From assembly GCA_016185945.1 (NCBI GenBank), contig JACPMR010000011.1:633-64632 (forward strand): a stretch of DNA of 64,000 nucleotides, written 5' to 3'. The DNA is from Candidatus Woesearchaeota archaeon (lineage in GTDB: Archaea > Nanobdellota > Nanobdellia > Woesearchaeales > GW2011-AR4). Positions within the stretch are counted from its first letter, which is position 1; each line of letters begins with the position of its first letter. The notes beneath the pieces were generated by a model that did no database searches, was not told the DNA's origin, and saw only the letters and a list, made by a program, of their open reading frames with translations. Positions 29,261 through 38,869 of this stretch are shown one piece after another. The position numbers and the translations under genes are program-made.

Positions 29261-29773
29261 ATGTTGATAAGGCAAGCTACACAGCACGATATTGGCAGAT
29301 TAGTCGAAATTGACAGAGATGCTTATGGGCAAACAGGTGCTGACAAAAACTACTTTTCTAAAAAAATAAATTCTTTTCCTCAAGGAGTTTTAGTTGTTGA
29401 AGAAAACAAGCAAGTAACCGGCTTTATAGTTTTTGACATGCTTTCTGAAGGTAATATCCCAGAAGATTTTTGTGACATGCACATTTCAGAGCCAATCAAA
29501 GGAAAATGGATTTATATCGCTGCTTTTACCACAAAAACAAACTATAAGGACAAAGAATCAGATTCTAAATTGCTTTTGGCTGCTGAGAATGTTGCCAAGA
29601 AACTAGGCTGTGTTGAATCTTGCGTTCCATTGAGTATAGAGCATCCATACAAAAATAATGGTGTATTTGAGTTCTGGGAGATGAACGGCTACAAAAAAGA
29701 TGGAAAAATCAAATGGAAGGTAAATGAAGAGGAATTTGTCGAGTGTTGGTTTTATAGGAAAGAGTTAACTTGA
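29261..29773 (+). CDS. GNAT-family N-acetyltransferase.
   Basis: Fold-level resemblance (VTGFIVFD...IYIAAFTT). Confidence 0.5.
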   Translation: MLIRQATQHDIGRLVEIDRDAYGQTGADKNYFSKKINSFPQGVLVVEENKQVTGFIVFDMLSEGNIPEDFCDMHISEPIKGKWIYIAAFTTKTNYKDKESDSKLLLAAENVAKKLGCVESCVPLSIEHPYKNNGVFEFWEMNGYKKDGKIKWKVNEEEFVECWFYRKELT

Positions 29774-29816
29774 AACGAAACTATTTTAAATTATTGCTAG
29801 TTCTGTCTCTTTTAAT

Positions 29817-29989
29817 GGGGCAGTAGCTCAGCCTGGGTATTGAAGCAGGCTTAGCCGGGCTTTCCTTCAGGAAAGAGCACACAACTTTTCCAGTTGGCTT
29901 AAACGGCTGAAGACGGTATTTTGAGCAAAGAAATTTGCAATGAAATGTCCGATACCGTGGAGTCAGGAGTTCAAATCTCCTCTGCCCCA
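29817..29989 (+). tRNA. tRNA-Phe(GAA) with three introns: 36 nt in the D-loop (29838..29873), 22 nt in the anticodon-stem 5' strand (29883..29904), 41 nt in the anticodon-stem 3' strand (29915..29955). CCA not encoded.
   Basis: Joining the exons gives GGGGCAG-TA-GCTC-AGCCTGGGA-GAGC-A-CACGG-CTGAAGA-CCGTG-GAGTC-AGGAG-TTCAAAT-CTCCT-CTGCCCC-A, with all four stems pairing. ORF-track 29781..29990(-) is a spurious overlap. Confidence 0.75.
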
Positions 29990-30039
29990 CTCTTAATATT
30001 TTTGAATTTTTTTATTAATTATTTTAAATCAACCATCAT

Positions 30040-30230
30040 GCGACCCAATATCCGCACACTGAATTGGGTGCCCCGCAGTTATTGTTGCACTTGATTATGG
30101 AGGTAGATAGTGCCTGTAGCTAAAGCAGGTTTCCTTTATCACCTAAGAAATCTAAAGGACGCTCTCGTTATTGTTTGATTTATTTTTTATTTAATCAATC
30201 AATCTAAAAGTCGCTCTCGGGATTGATGGG
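30040..30230 (+). repeat. GC-rich repeat block: GCGACCCA...GGGTGCCCCGCA...AAAGCAGGTTTCCT element plus AAAGGACGCTCTCG and GTCGCTCTCGGGATTGA modules.
   Basis: Aligns with 56665..56770, 49393..49580 and 21905..22012. Confidence 0.45.
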
Positions 30231-30277
30231 TTTTTATGGTATTATAAGATTGATGTTATAAACTATTTAAATTATTT

Positions 30278-32485
30278 CTAAGCACTTAACGTAGCCGTCA
30301 ATATCCTTCCAGCAATTATGTTGAACAATAGCATCACAGCAGCGGATATGAAAACATAGAGTATTGTGCTTCTTATCAAATTGTTTCCAAGTTCAAATCT
30401 CTCGTTCAATTTATCCGAGCCGTTCTCAACGCCATTTGCAATAATAGTCAATATGAAAGTAATTTGCACCACATAAACACCGACTATTAGCTGAAAGTAA
30501 TAGGTTGGGATCCCCTCTCCAAACAAGCCCAGTATACTTGTAGGCGCTGCTGTGTCTGCTCCGCTGACAGACGCTGTGACCTGCTGCAATTGCCCGCTTA
30601 ATTTTCCAAGTATTGCTGTTATCATAGATGTTATTCCAATCACTACCCCTGCAATTGCAGGGGTCAAAAACTTAATCTGGGAGTGCATCGAAGCAATAAT
30701 GTCAGCCATCAAGTCCTTCAATCTTTCATTTACGCGATGAATTTCCTTAATATAACGTGCAACATTTGTCAATGCCTGCGCTGCAATCAATGGTCCTTTC
30801 TTAATCGCCTGCGTCAGGACTTTCATTGAGCTTTCAATCAGATTGCTGGGAAATGAAACCAAAGCGCCATGCATTGGGTCAAAAATCGCCTTTTCGATGC
30901 TCATTCCAAGTCTTCGTATATTCAAGCTTACCAATTGGAAAAAGCTTCCTGATACAGTTCCCTCCATAACATCAGCAACTTTGCCAACTGCTATCTCAAC
31001 AGGAAGATTATCGCCCAGTCTGTTGCCTAGCTGAAACAATGCATTTGCAAACTCAAGCTCAAGCTGCTTTGCCTTTTCCCTTATCTTTATGATGTTCTGC
31101 GATTTAAGCCTGTAATAAAACCCAAGCGCGACTCCCAACCCCAAAGGTATGAACAGGCTTGCAATAGCAGCCCCTAAGCCGTAAGGACCAAGCTCCTGGT
31201 TTGTTGTGGCGCTTGTCCTGTATTCCAAAAAGCAGTACCTCTGCTTGCAGGATGTTGTCAAATCTTCTCCTCCAAAACCAAAATCAGGAACGCCAATTGC
31301 ATGAAATATCAACGGGCTTGCTCCAATTAAAAACAATGCAGCGCAGACAAACACGCTAATAATTGCAGGAGTAACCTGCACTTCTTTTTTTCCGATTTTT
31401 ATCAGTATGTTCCTGTACTTCTTAAGTTCGGGATTTTCTTCTGCAATATCTGTATCTCCATAGCCAGTGGGCCTTGTTGAAAGAATATTCCTTCCCAAAT
31501 AATAAACAACCACAGTCAAAATAACATTGTAAATAACGGCAAGATGGTACCACTTCACGTCTTCCATAAAGCTCACGACAAGCGGCAAAATAACCAAGCC
31601 AAGAATCGGCAGGATAATTCCCAACATGTGCAGCATTGTAATGGGGTTCTGCAAATTGTGGGCGTAGTGCAGCATCTTTTCGTATGTTTCGTCAAGAATA
31701 ACGTCAAGCGCCTTGTCAAGCGCATTCAATCTTCTTGCCTCGTCTCCTTCATACAGAGAGCTTTCAATCAAGTGAAACGCCTCGATGAACTCAATATTCC
31801 ATTTCTTCCATGTATCAAGATAAAAGTCCAGAGACTCTTTTACAGAGGCGTATTTTTCAGTCTCGACATCCCAAAGCACTTTCTTCAAGTCAAGCGACAA
31901 AGGGGGCACAAGATGCTGGCTTGCAAACTCAATTGCCCTTTCAAGATTTGAGGTGTGCCTCATGTATGTAACAACATAAAAGATGCACAGCACCATCTGG
32001 TTGCTTGCCTTCAGGCGCCAGTTGTTGGCGATGAACTCGGGAACTCTTCCTAGAGGCTTTATAAGAATTACGGCACCAATTAAAAACAACAAAACAAAAA
32101 AGATGGATTGGAAAATTAAAAATGCAAGCAAAGAGCTGACTAAAGCCACAGCCAAAGGTATCAAAAGTGAGAATGAAACGGCTCCTGCTGGAGTGATGTT
32201 AAGATGCGTTATGTTGATTGATTCCTGCAAAACATCTGCGGTTTTTTTATCAGGCTTAATCTTAAGGATTTTTTCGCTTAAATTGCAGAGCTTCTCGTAC
32301 AAGCCCATGTGCTTTGGAAGAAATTCAGCCTTGAATTCCTGGTACTCCTTTGTTGTAGGCTGCTCCGGATGGCTTTCAAGCTTCGCTCCCAGCTCTTTCT
32401 CTAGGTGCTTCTTGTAAATCTCCATTAAAGACAACAACTTCTGCTTGTCTATTTCGGATGGCATTGTAGAAAAATTATTTTTCAC
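30278..32485 (-). CDS. Large polytopic membrane protein of the FlaJ/TadC/GspF platform family for archaeal type IV pilus-like machinery.
   Basis: 735 aa with multiple TM clusters separated by cytoplasmic helical domains; adjacent to the FlaI-like ATPase. Confidence 0.55.
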   Translation of the reverse strand: MKNNFSTMPSEIDKQKLLSLMEIYKKHLEKELGAKLESHPEQPTTKEYQEFKAEFLPKHMGLYEKLCNLSEKILKIKPDKKTADVLQESINITHLNITPAGAVSFSLLIPLAVALVSSLLAFLIFQSIFFVLLFLIGAVILIKPLGRVPEFIANNWRLKASNQMVLCIFYVVTYMRHTSNLERAIEFASQHLVPPLSLDLKKVLWDVETEKYASVKESLDFYLDTWKKWNIEFIEAFHLIESSLYEGDEARRLNALDKALDVILDETYEKMLHYAHNLQNPITMLHMLGIILPILGLVILPLVVSFMEDVKWYHLAVIYNVILTVVVYYLGRNILSTRPTGYGDTDIAEENPELKKYRNILIKIGKKEVQVTPAIISVFVCAALFLIGASPLIFHAIGVPDFGFGGEDLTTSCKQRYCFLEYRTSATTNQELGPYGLGAAIASLFIPLGLGVALGFYYRLKSQNIIKIREKAKQLELEFANALFQLGNRLGDNLPVEIAVGKVADVMEGTVSGSFFQLVSLNIRRLGMSIEKAIFDPMHGALVSFPSNLIESSMKVLTQAIKKGPLIAAQALTNVARYIKEIHRVNERLKDLMADIIASMHSQIKFLTPAIAGVVIGITSMITAILGKLSGQLQQVTASVSGADTAAPTSILGLFGEGIPTYYFQLIVGVYVVQITFILTIIANGVENGSDKLNERFELGNNLIRSTILYVFISAAVMLLFNIIAGRILTATLSA

Positions 32486-32526
32486 CTCTTTTTTTGATTT
32501 TATTTGAGTTTCCTAAATTCTAATTT

Positions 32527-32733
32527 TTTAATCCGCCTTCGGCAAAATTTATTGAATTATTTTTTATTTCTTCAATCCGTCGCTGTTGCTTGCGATTGAC
32601 ATGGCGAGTGAGTCTAGTGACATGTGAGCGAGTTCACTTCGCTCACTCGCATGCCACTCGAGCCTCACATGTCACTGCTCGCGTGCATGTCCCACATCAT
32701 GCTTGCAGATGCTGGGAAGCGAAGTTGTTTGAA
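32527..32733. repeat. GC-rich MITE-like element containing a long nested palindrome.
   Basis: TTAATCCGCCTTCGGCAAA ... gacatggcgagtgagtctagtgacatgtgagcgagttcacttcgctcactcgcatgccactcgagcctcacatgtcactg ... GCTTGCAGATGCTGGGAAGCGAAGTTGTTTGAA. Confidence 0.6.
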
Positions 32734-32802
32734 TTAATTTTTTGATTTTGTTTTTTATTGAATTTTTGTTGTTGATTTTAAATATTGTATTTATTTTATT
32801 AA

Positions 32803-35106
32803 TCATAACTTGCTGTGAAAATCCATTTTCTTAACATGCCTTTTCAGCCATTCGTTCCAGTCAAAAAATATCCTTTTTGAGTCGAGAGTTCCAATCTCTT
32901 CCCTTATTTTTTCTGATATTTTATGGAACTGGTCATTGCTTTGTATTACAAAATCAGCTTCAAGAAGCCATGGCATGTTCTGCTTTGTTGCAAAATCGAC
33001 AAGCGCTTGCTTTGTATTAGCCCTAAGCATTACGTTGTCCCATACAGCATCCCAGTTGCCAGCCCATTCTTTTACATTGCCTGCAACTGCCTTAAGTATT
33101 TCAGAGTCGCCATTAATCAATTCCTCGCTTGCCTCTAAAACATCCTTTCTCGAGTCATATTTCATCAAATCAACAAAACCCTTTTCAACCAATGGATCTT
33201 GCTCCCAGTGCTTTCTTACCTCTGTAATTTGAGTGACTCTTCTCCATCTGTGCAGTCCGTCTGCGCTTCTTACGGGATTTGCAACCACAATAACATCAGT
33301 TGCCTTGAAGCTTGTCCTTGGAACTTGCAAATCATTAACAACCCTGTCAAAAACCCCGTATGGTGAATCACCATGAATAGTGCCTGCAACAACATTTGCC
33401 AACGCCCCCACTCTCATTGCCTCGTATAAAGCAAGCGCTTCTTTGCTTCTTATCTCTCCAATTATCAAGGCAGAATCCCCCATCCTTAAAGTTGTCCTTA
33501 TTCCTTCATCTGCTGGCACTTCAGCAGTGCCTTTTGTCAAGGCAGCAGCGACCTTCAGTGACTGAATGTTATAGCCAAGCTTTCTTAACGCAGATGTTGG
33601 TAATTCTAAAGTGTCTTCAATCGTAATCACTCTATACTTCCTCATCAATTCAACCAACACGGCTCCAAGCAAGCTGGTTTTGCCTGCGCTTCTTGTTCCT
33701 GCTATCAAAAGCGTCCTTGAGCCGTCAATCAAAAAGCTCATAATGCCTGCTGCCAATGGATTCATCATCTTGTTTTGTATGAACAAAGGCAATGTCCATG
33801 GCTTGTCTCGATGCCTTCTGAAGGCAAAAGCCAATCCGCTTGGATTCAGAGGAGGAGCAACGACAGCAATTCTTGAATTTGCGCCTGGAATTGCAAGCTC
33901 TGTATCCAAAATTGGATTTGCCTCATCCAATGGCCTGCCAGAAATCAACCTTAACTTAGACGCCCATGACTCTGCTTCTGGGGTCGTAGGTATGATGTTT
34001 GTCTTGCAATCACCATAGTCCTGATGAACTATAAACATGGGAGTTTCTCCAAGAGGCGAGTTTATTGTTATGTCCTGAACCTTTTCATCCTGCAAAAGAA
34101 CCTCTATCAATCCAAATCCGACTGTGTATCTTATAAGGATTTTAGCCATTTCATCGATGTCAGATGAGGACAATCTCAAGTTCCTGTAATTTGCAAGCTC
34201 GCTAATCAAGTCAGAGCCGATGTTATAGAACACCTGCCTCATCCTGTCCGGGTCAATGAATTCCTGTCTTGTCGGCTTGTGCTCTGTCATTATCTTCCTT
34301 GCAGTGTCAAGAATCTCATATTCCTCTTCGCTTAGCTTGAACTCCGGCGGAATCAAATGATACAAATATTGCACATTATCCGGAAGTTCAAATATGGTTA
34401 CTTCTGTATTCTTGTCAAGTGTGTAGCTGTCGATCTCCTCTCCTTCAGGCGGATAAGAAGCCATCAGCTTTGTGAACATAAAGTCAGGCCTTATGTCAGG
34501 AGTGAATATCCTCCTGTAAACACTTCTGTCGCCTAGCTTATATCCGGAGAGATATTGCTTTGCAGCTTCAATCAGCTTTGTTTTTTCCAGCAAGCTCATT
34601 AAGTATTGCAGAACAGCGATGTATTTCTTTGCGCATCCAATGTAATTTTCATCTAATGTCCTGTCAGTCTTCATTCTTTCGTCTCTGATTGTTCTCTTTA
34701 ATTCAACATACGCCCCTATGGGATCCCTTTTTAATAAATCAGAAGTAATATTTTGAGTTGTTGCATACCATTGCGCAGCCCATCTCGTGCATTTTGGGTC
34801 GGCAAGCAGATTGCCATATCCAAATAAGTCCCTTCTTTTTACTAATTGGGCATACAGCTTTGCAACTTCCTGCATCATCGATGTTTGGTTGTAATCATAC
34901 TCGTAATTTCTTTTTTGCGTATAAATAATCTTTGTAATGCCGCTTGTCTCTGCAAGAATATCAATAGTCCTTGACATGCTTACTGGATCATCTTCAAGGG
35001 AGGGTATTTGGGGGTATTGCTCTAAATCAATCATCAAAATTGTTTCCTCGCCTTCTTTTACAATGTCGTAGCTGAATGGTTTTTTTGTCTCGCCGAATAA
35101 TGCCAT
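32803..35106 (-). CDS. FlaI/PilB/VirB11-family secretion or pilus-assembly ATPase with a long N-terminal extension.
   Basis: Walker A IAGTRSAGKTSLLGA; Asp/His-box region ALIIGEIRSKEA. Confidence 0.8.
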   Translation of the reverse strand: MALFGETKKPFSYDIVKEGEETILMIDLEQYPQIPSLEDDPVSMSRTIDILAETSGITKIIYTQKRNYEYDYNQTSMMQEVAKLYAQLVKRRDLFGYGNLLADPKCTRWAAQWYATTQNITSDLLKRDPIGAYVELKRTIRDERMKTDRTLDENYIGCAKKYIAVLQYLMSLLEKTKLIEAAKQYLSGYKLGDRSVYRRIFTPDIRPDFMFTKLMASYPPEGEEIDSYTLDKNTEVTIFELPDNVQYLYHLIPPEFKLSEEEYEILDTARKIMTEHKPTRQEFIDPDRMRQVFYNIGSDLISELANYRNLRLSSSDIDEMAKILIRYTVGFGLIEVLLQDEKVQDITINSPLGETPMFIVHQDYGDCKTNIIPTTPEAESWASKLRLISGRPLDEANPILDTELAIPGANSRIAVVAPPLNPSGLAFAFRRHRDKPWTLPLFIQNKMMNPLAAGIMSFLIDGSRTLLIAGTRSAGKTSLLGAVLVELMRKYRVITIEDTLELPTSALRKLGYNIQSLKVAAALTKGTAEVPADEGIRTTLRMGDSALIIGEIRSKEALALYEAMRVGALANVVAGTIHGDSPYGVFDRVVNDLQVPRTSFKATDVIVVANPVRSADGLHRWRRVTQITEVRKHWEQDPLVEKGFVDLMKYDSRKDVLEASEELINGDSEILKAVAGNVKEWAGNWDAVWDNVMLRANTKQALVDFATKQNMPWLLEADFVIQSNDQFHKISEKIREEIGTLDSKRIFFDWNEWLKRHVKKMDFHSKL

Positions 35107-35385
35107 TATTTCCTTGCCTCTTTTTTTAATGATTCCAAAGCTATTTCTATAAGGTGGGATTTGTTCCTGTATTTCTTAGTTTCATTTACTTCCTTTTCAA
35201 TCCAATCAATCAATTCTTCGTCAATTGTTGCGCTGATTGGTTTTTTCATGAATACCAACTAGATTATAATATATATTTTATATTATTTCCTATAGATTAT
35301 ATTATATTATAATATAAGTGATATTTAAGGTTTGCGGTTTTGGTAAACGATAAAAATTAAAAAGAATCAAAATATACTATTAACT

Positions 35386-36237
35386 ATGCCAAAAACTAAA
35401 ATCTGCGCCATTCAATTTCAAGTATCTCAAAATTTCAATAAAAACATATCAAGAGTAGAGCAATTCTTCAAGAAAGCCAATAAAAATGATTGTGACATTA
35501 TCTGTTTTCCTGAGATATTCCTGACAGGCCCATTAAACAAGGAAAAATACAATCCAAAGGTTCCAGTTCAATCAAAAAAATTGTTTTCTAAATTGTCAAA
35601 AAATTATGGAATGTTTTCTATTATGGGCTCTATAATTGAAAAAATAGACAATAAATTCTGTAATATAAGTTATTTGTTCGACGATAAAGGAAACATTGTT
35701 GGGAACTATAAGAAAAATCATCTTGTCCAAAAATCAGAGGCAAAATATCTGACTGCAGGCAATGAAGTTTCTGTTTTCAAGACAAAAATCGGCAATATTG
35801 GCATTCAGATTTGCAGGGATTTGCTTTATCCTGAAATATCAAGAAAGTTAATGCTAAAAAAAGCAGACATTATATTCTGCCCAAGTTTCTGGAGCGAGAA
35901 ATCCTCTTCCTACGACTGGATTTACAACAACAAGTATTTCAAGACTAAGCCGCCAAGGGAGGTAGATGTTTTAGTTTCAGCACGCGCAATTGAAAGCGAA
36001 GCAGTTTTTGTTTATGCAAACGCAGCAGGTGATTTTATAGGAAATGGAATTAAAGACGAATTGCTCGGAAGAAGCCAGATTGCGCTGCCGTTTTATGGGA
36101 CAACAGATATTTTAAACCGCAACAAAGAAGGTACTTTAATGAAAGAAATCGATTTGAGCATTGTAAAGGACGCAAAAATGGTTTATAAAATTGAGAGGGA
36201 TTTAAAGGATTACTATAAGGGAATTAACAAAGTTTAA
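35386..36237 (+). CDS. Carbon-nitrogen hydrolase (nitrilase superfamily).
   Basis: E-K-C triad context (FPEIFLTG ... K ... QICRDL). Confidence 0.8.
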   Translation: MPKTKICAIQFQVSQNFNKNISRVEQFFKKANKNDCDIICFPEIFLTGPLNKEKYNPKVPVQSKKLFSKLSKNYGMFSIMGSIIEKIDNKFCNISYLFDDKGNIVGNYKKNHLVQKSEAKYLTAGNEVSVFKTKIGNIGIQICRDLLYPEISRKLMLKKADIIFCPSFWSEKSSSYDWIYNNKYFKTKPPREVDVLVSARAIESEAVFVYANAAGDFIGNGIKDELLGRSQIALPFYGTTDILNRNKEGTLMKEIDLSIVKDAKMVYKIERDLKDYYKGINKV

Positions 36238-36380
36238 ATAATCGGTAATAAAAGGTTATTGTATTATTGTTTTTTGAAAAAATAATATTTATTGTAATGC
36301 CTCAATGTCTAAGGCAAGAAGAACTAACATATCAACTAAAGGATAACTTCAAATAAAACGTCATTAAAAAATAAACTAAT

Positions 36381-36462
36381 TTCAATCCGCTCGCTATGCT
36401 CGCAAAAGATAGCGCTCGGCAAAACTTTCCCTTTCAATCAGTTTTGCCTCGCCTATTCATTC
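36381..36462. repeat. Short GC-rich repeat copy (TTCAATCCGC...CGGCAAAAC module).
   Basis: ttcaatccgctcgctatgctcgcaaaagatagcgctcggcaaaac is nearly identical to 61393..61440. Confidence 0.5.
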
Positions 36463-36495
36463 AGTAAAAAATAAAATAATAAACCAAATAATAAA

Positions 36496-36942
36496 ATGCC
36501 AGTTCAAGAATCTACTTTACCACCGCCTCCAAAAAAGAATGAGGGAATTCTTAAATTCGGCAAGCAGCAGCAGCAAGCGCCTGACATAAGCGGAATAACT
36601 GAAGATGTAAGCTCACTGAGCAGGCGATTAAGGCTTCTTGAAGAGGGCTTCACCAATCTTAGAAGATTTTTTCAGGTTACAGAACAAAACGTGATTGCAA
36701 AAAACAAGCATTTCTCTGCCGAGATTAAAACAATAAATTCTGACATCATGGAGATAAGAAAGGAAATGCAAGAAATCAGGGACAAATTGATGCTTGTAAT
36801 AAGGGAGCTGCAAACAGTTGCAAGAAAAGAGGAAGTAAAAGTTCTTGAAAAGTATATAAACCTCTGGAATCCAATCAGGTTTGTAACGCAAAACGAGGTT
36901 GAGCAGATAATAAACGAAGTTCTTGAGAAAAAGCAGCAATAG
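36496..36942 (+). CDS. Coiled-coil hypothetical protein.
   Basis: Heptad-rich sequence; no enzymatic motif. Confidence 0.3.
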   Translation: MPVQESTLPPPPKKNEGILKFGKQQQQAPDISGITEDVSSLSRRLRLLEEGFTNLRRFFQVTEQNVIAKNKHFSAEIKTINSDIMEIRKEMQEIRDKLMLVIRELQTVARKEEVKVLEKYINLWNPIRFVTQNEVEQIINEVLEKKQQ

Positions 36943-36994
36943 AAAGCTTTAAATATATTCATTTAAAGTAGAACCTCAAAAGAGAGGTGTACTG

Positions 36995-37699
36995 ATGGTG
37001 TTCTTTAAATTTGGAAAGAAGAAGAGAGAAGAGCCATTAGATATGCCAATGCCCGAGATACAGCCGATGCAACCTCCAACTTCAGCGTCTCCTATCGAGC
37101 AAGTTCTTATGATGAAGCAGCAGGGCTACACAAATAATCAGATTGTGCAAGCCCTTCAAGGACAGGGTTTTAACACTTCTCAAATCTATGATGCAATAAA
37201 TCAAGCTGAATTAAGCGGTGGCTTTGGAGCAACTCCTCTGCCCCAGCAAGAGCAGATGGATATGGGCATGCAGGATTATGGGCAGGGCTACGAGCAACCT
37301 TCTTATCAGCAGCAGTCATTCCAGAGTGTTCAGCCGCCGAAAGAAACACAACCTGCTTCAGTAGATGAGGAAAGGATACAAGAAGTCGTTGAAGCGATTG
37401 TTGACGAGAAATGGGACGAGCTTGTAAAGGACATAAGAAAAGTAATTGAATGGAAGGACAGAAGCGAAGAAAGGCTGGCAAAGCTTGAGCAGCAAATCAT
37501 AGATATGCGCCTGAGCATTGACTCATTAACCAAGAGTGTGATGACAAAAATTTCTTCTTACGACCAGAACATTGTTGATGTGGGCACAGAAATCAAGGCA
37601 ATGGAAAAGGTATTCCAGAAAGTTCTGCCTTCTTTGACTGAAAGCGTCAATAAATTGGACAGGATGACTAAAGTAAGTAAAGAGCCGGTAAAGAAATAA
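36995..37699 (+). CDS. Hypothetical protein with an N-terminal UBA-like helical domain, a Q/E-rich linker and a C-terminal coiled coil.
   Basis: IEQVLMMKQQGYTNNQIVQALQGQGFNTSQIYDAINQA fits a UBA-like pattern. Confidence 0.3.
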   Translation: MVFFKFGKKKREEPLDMPMPEIQPMQPPTSASPIEQVLMMKQQGYTNNQIVQALQGQGFNTSQIYDAINQAELSGGFGATPLPQQEQMDMGMQDYGQGYEQPSYQQQSFQSVQPPKETQPASVDEERIQEVVEAIVDEKWDELVKDIRKVIEWKDRSEERLAKLEQQIIDMRLSIDSLTKSVMTKISSYDQNIVDVGTEIKAMEKVFQKVLPSLTESVNKLDRMTKVSKEPVKK

Positions 37700-37700
37700 G

Positions 37701-38225
37701 CTAACTTCTCCCAGCCAATAAAGCAATTGTAAAAACAGCTATTGCCAAAACTAGAACTGCTCCAAGGAATGTGGGATGAAAGATAAGGTTTACAGTTTTT
37801 GAAAGATCTGTCTGGGTTTCAGATATGTTAACACTCTCCCTAAACTTAACCCCTGCTGCAACGACAAGAATAATAAGAATAAATACCAAAAACACCCCCT
37901 TAAGTGCAGGAAATCCTTCTATGTCGCCGCCAAGCATCTGGGTTGCAACTGACACAAAGATAACGAACATAAACACAAGAGCTATGAAAGGAGCAGTACT
38001 TGCTATAATGTCTGTTGCAACCGGGCTTATCAGCACAAATATAGCAAGCAGCAACCCAACAAGAGTATGTACGAACTTATTGTCGCCAAAAACTTTTACC
38101 CATGACATGACAGCAAAAACTGCAAGCCACACAAACAAAAACACGAAAATGCTTGAGAAATGCTGCAGTCCTGTCACATCAAGAAATGTTGCCATCTTAT
38201 TTTTAATATGACTATTTCTTCCCAA
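37701..38225 (-). CDS. Membrane protein, member 3 of a tandem paralog triplet.
   Basis: Shares N-terminal ...F(L/D)DV(T/V)(L/M)...FLL(V/I)F...VF architecture and about 4 TM with the two upstream genes. Confidence 0.4.
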   Translation of the reverse strand: MGRNSHIKNKMATFLDVTGLQHFSSIFVFLFVWLAVFAVMSWVKVFGDNKFVHTLVGLLLAIFVLISPVATDIIASTAPFIALVFMFVIFVSVATQMLGGDIEGFPALKGVFLVFILIILVVAAGVKFRESVNISETQTDLSKTVNLIFHPTFLGAVLVLAIAVFTIALLAGRS

Positions 38226-38814
38226 ATAGCTTGCTAAAGTCCATGCCCAGTCTGTTGAGTATTGTCTTTGTCTCTGCTTCCTTTGAATCGCCTGTAACCC
38301 ATGCTATGATTATGCCAAAAGTCAGAAGCATGATGAATATAGCCACTCCGTCTGTGCCAAAAAAGTTCTCCAAAGTTTGTCCAAATCCGCTGTCCCACCA
38401 GCCTGCTGCCCCTCCAAATATTATTAAAATAACTGCAAAGGACACAAAGGAAATCCAGGCAGGCATTGTCATTCCTAGGAACACATAATCCTGTCCGAAT
38501 ACTCCAATCATTACAAGCAGGAAAACAATCGCTACAAGCACTATTGATACTTGAGGCAAGGCATTGTTTATTATCAAAACAGGATCCGCATTTTCAGGGA
38601 ATCTCCCAGTAACATGGGGTATAACAACAAGCAAAGCAACAACTATAGCCACAACTGCATTTAGGTTTTTCTTATCCTCGCCCAATATTTTTGTTTTTGT
38701 TAATATGGCGTAAACAATAACAAAAATTAGAAGGAATGGCAGCATAACATCTGTCAAGCCCCAGCTCTCCAAAACTCTGACAAAACCCTCGAGCTTGAAC
38801 GCCTCTACAGCCAT
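38212..38814 (-). CDS. Membrane protein, member 2 of a tandem paralog triplet.
   Basis: MAVEAFKLEGFVRVLESWGLTDVMLPFLLIFVIVYAILTKTKILGEDKKNLNAVVAIVVALLVV is paralogous to 38870..39430. Confidence 0.4.
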   Translation of the reverse strand: MAVEAFKLEGFVRVLESWGLTDVMLPFLLIFVIVYAILTKTKILGEDKKNLNAVVAIVVALLVVIPHVTGRFPENADPVLIINNALPQVSIVLVAIVFLLVMIGVFGQDYVFLGMTMPAWISFVSFAVILIIFGGAAGWWDSGFGQTLENFFGTDGVAIFIMLLTFGIIIAWVTGDSKEAETKTILNRLGMDFSKLFGKK

Positions 38815-38869
38815 TTTTGCACCTCTTTAGCTTTTTATTTAAACCATTAGTATATAAATTTTATGCAAA

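Noticed and set aside
29781-29990. ORF-track CDS (69 aa, minus strand).
   Set aside because: Lies entirely within the three-intron tRNA-Phe gene. GC-rich tRNA sequence produces a spurious open frame.
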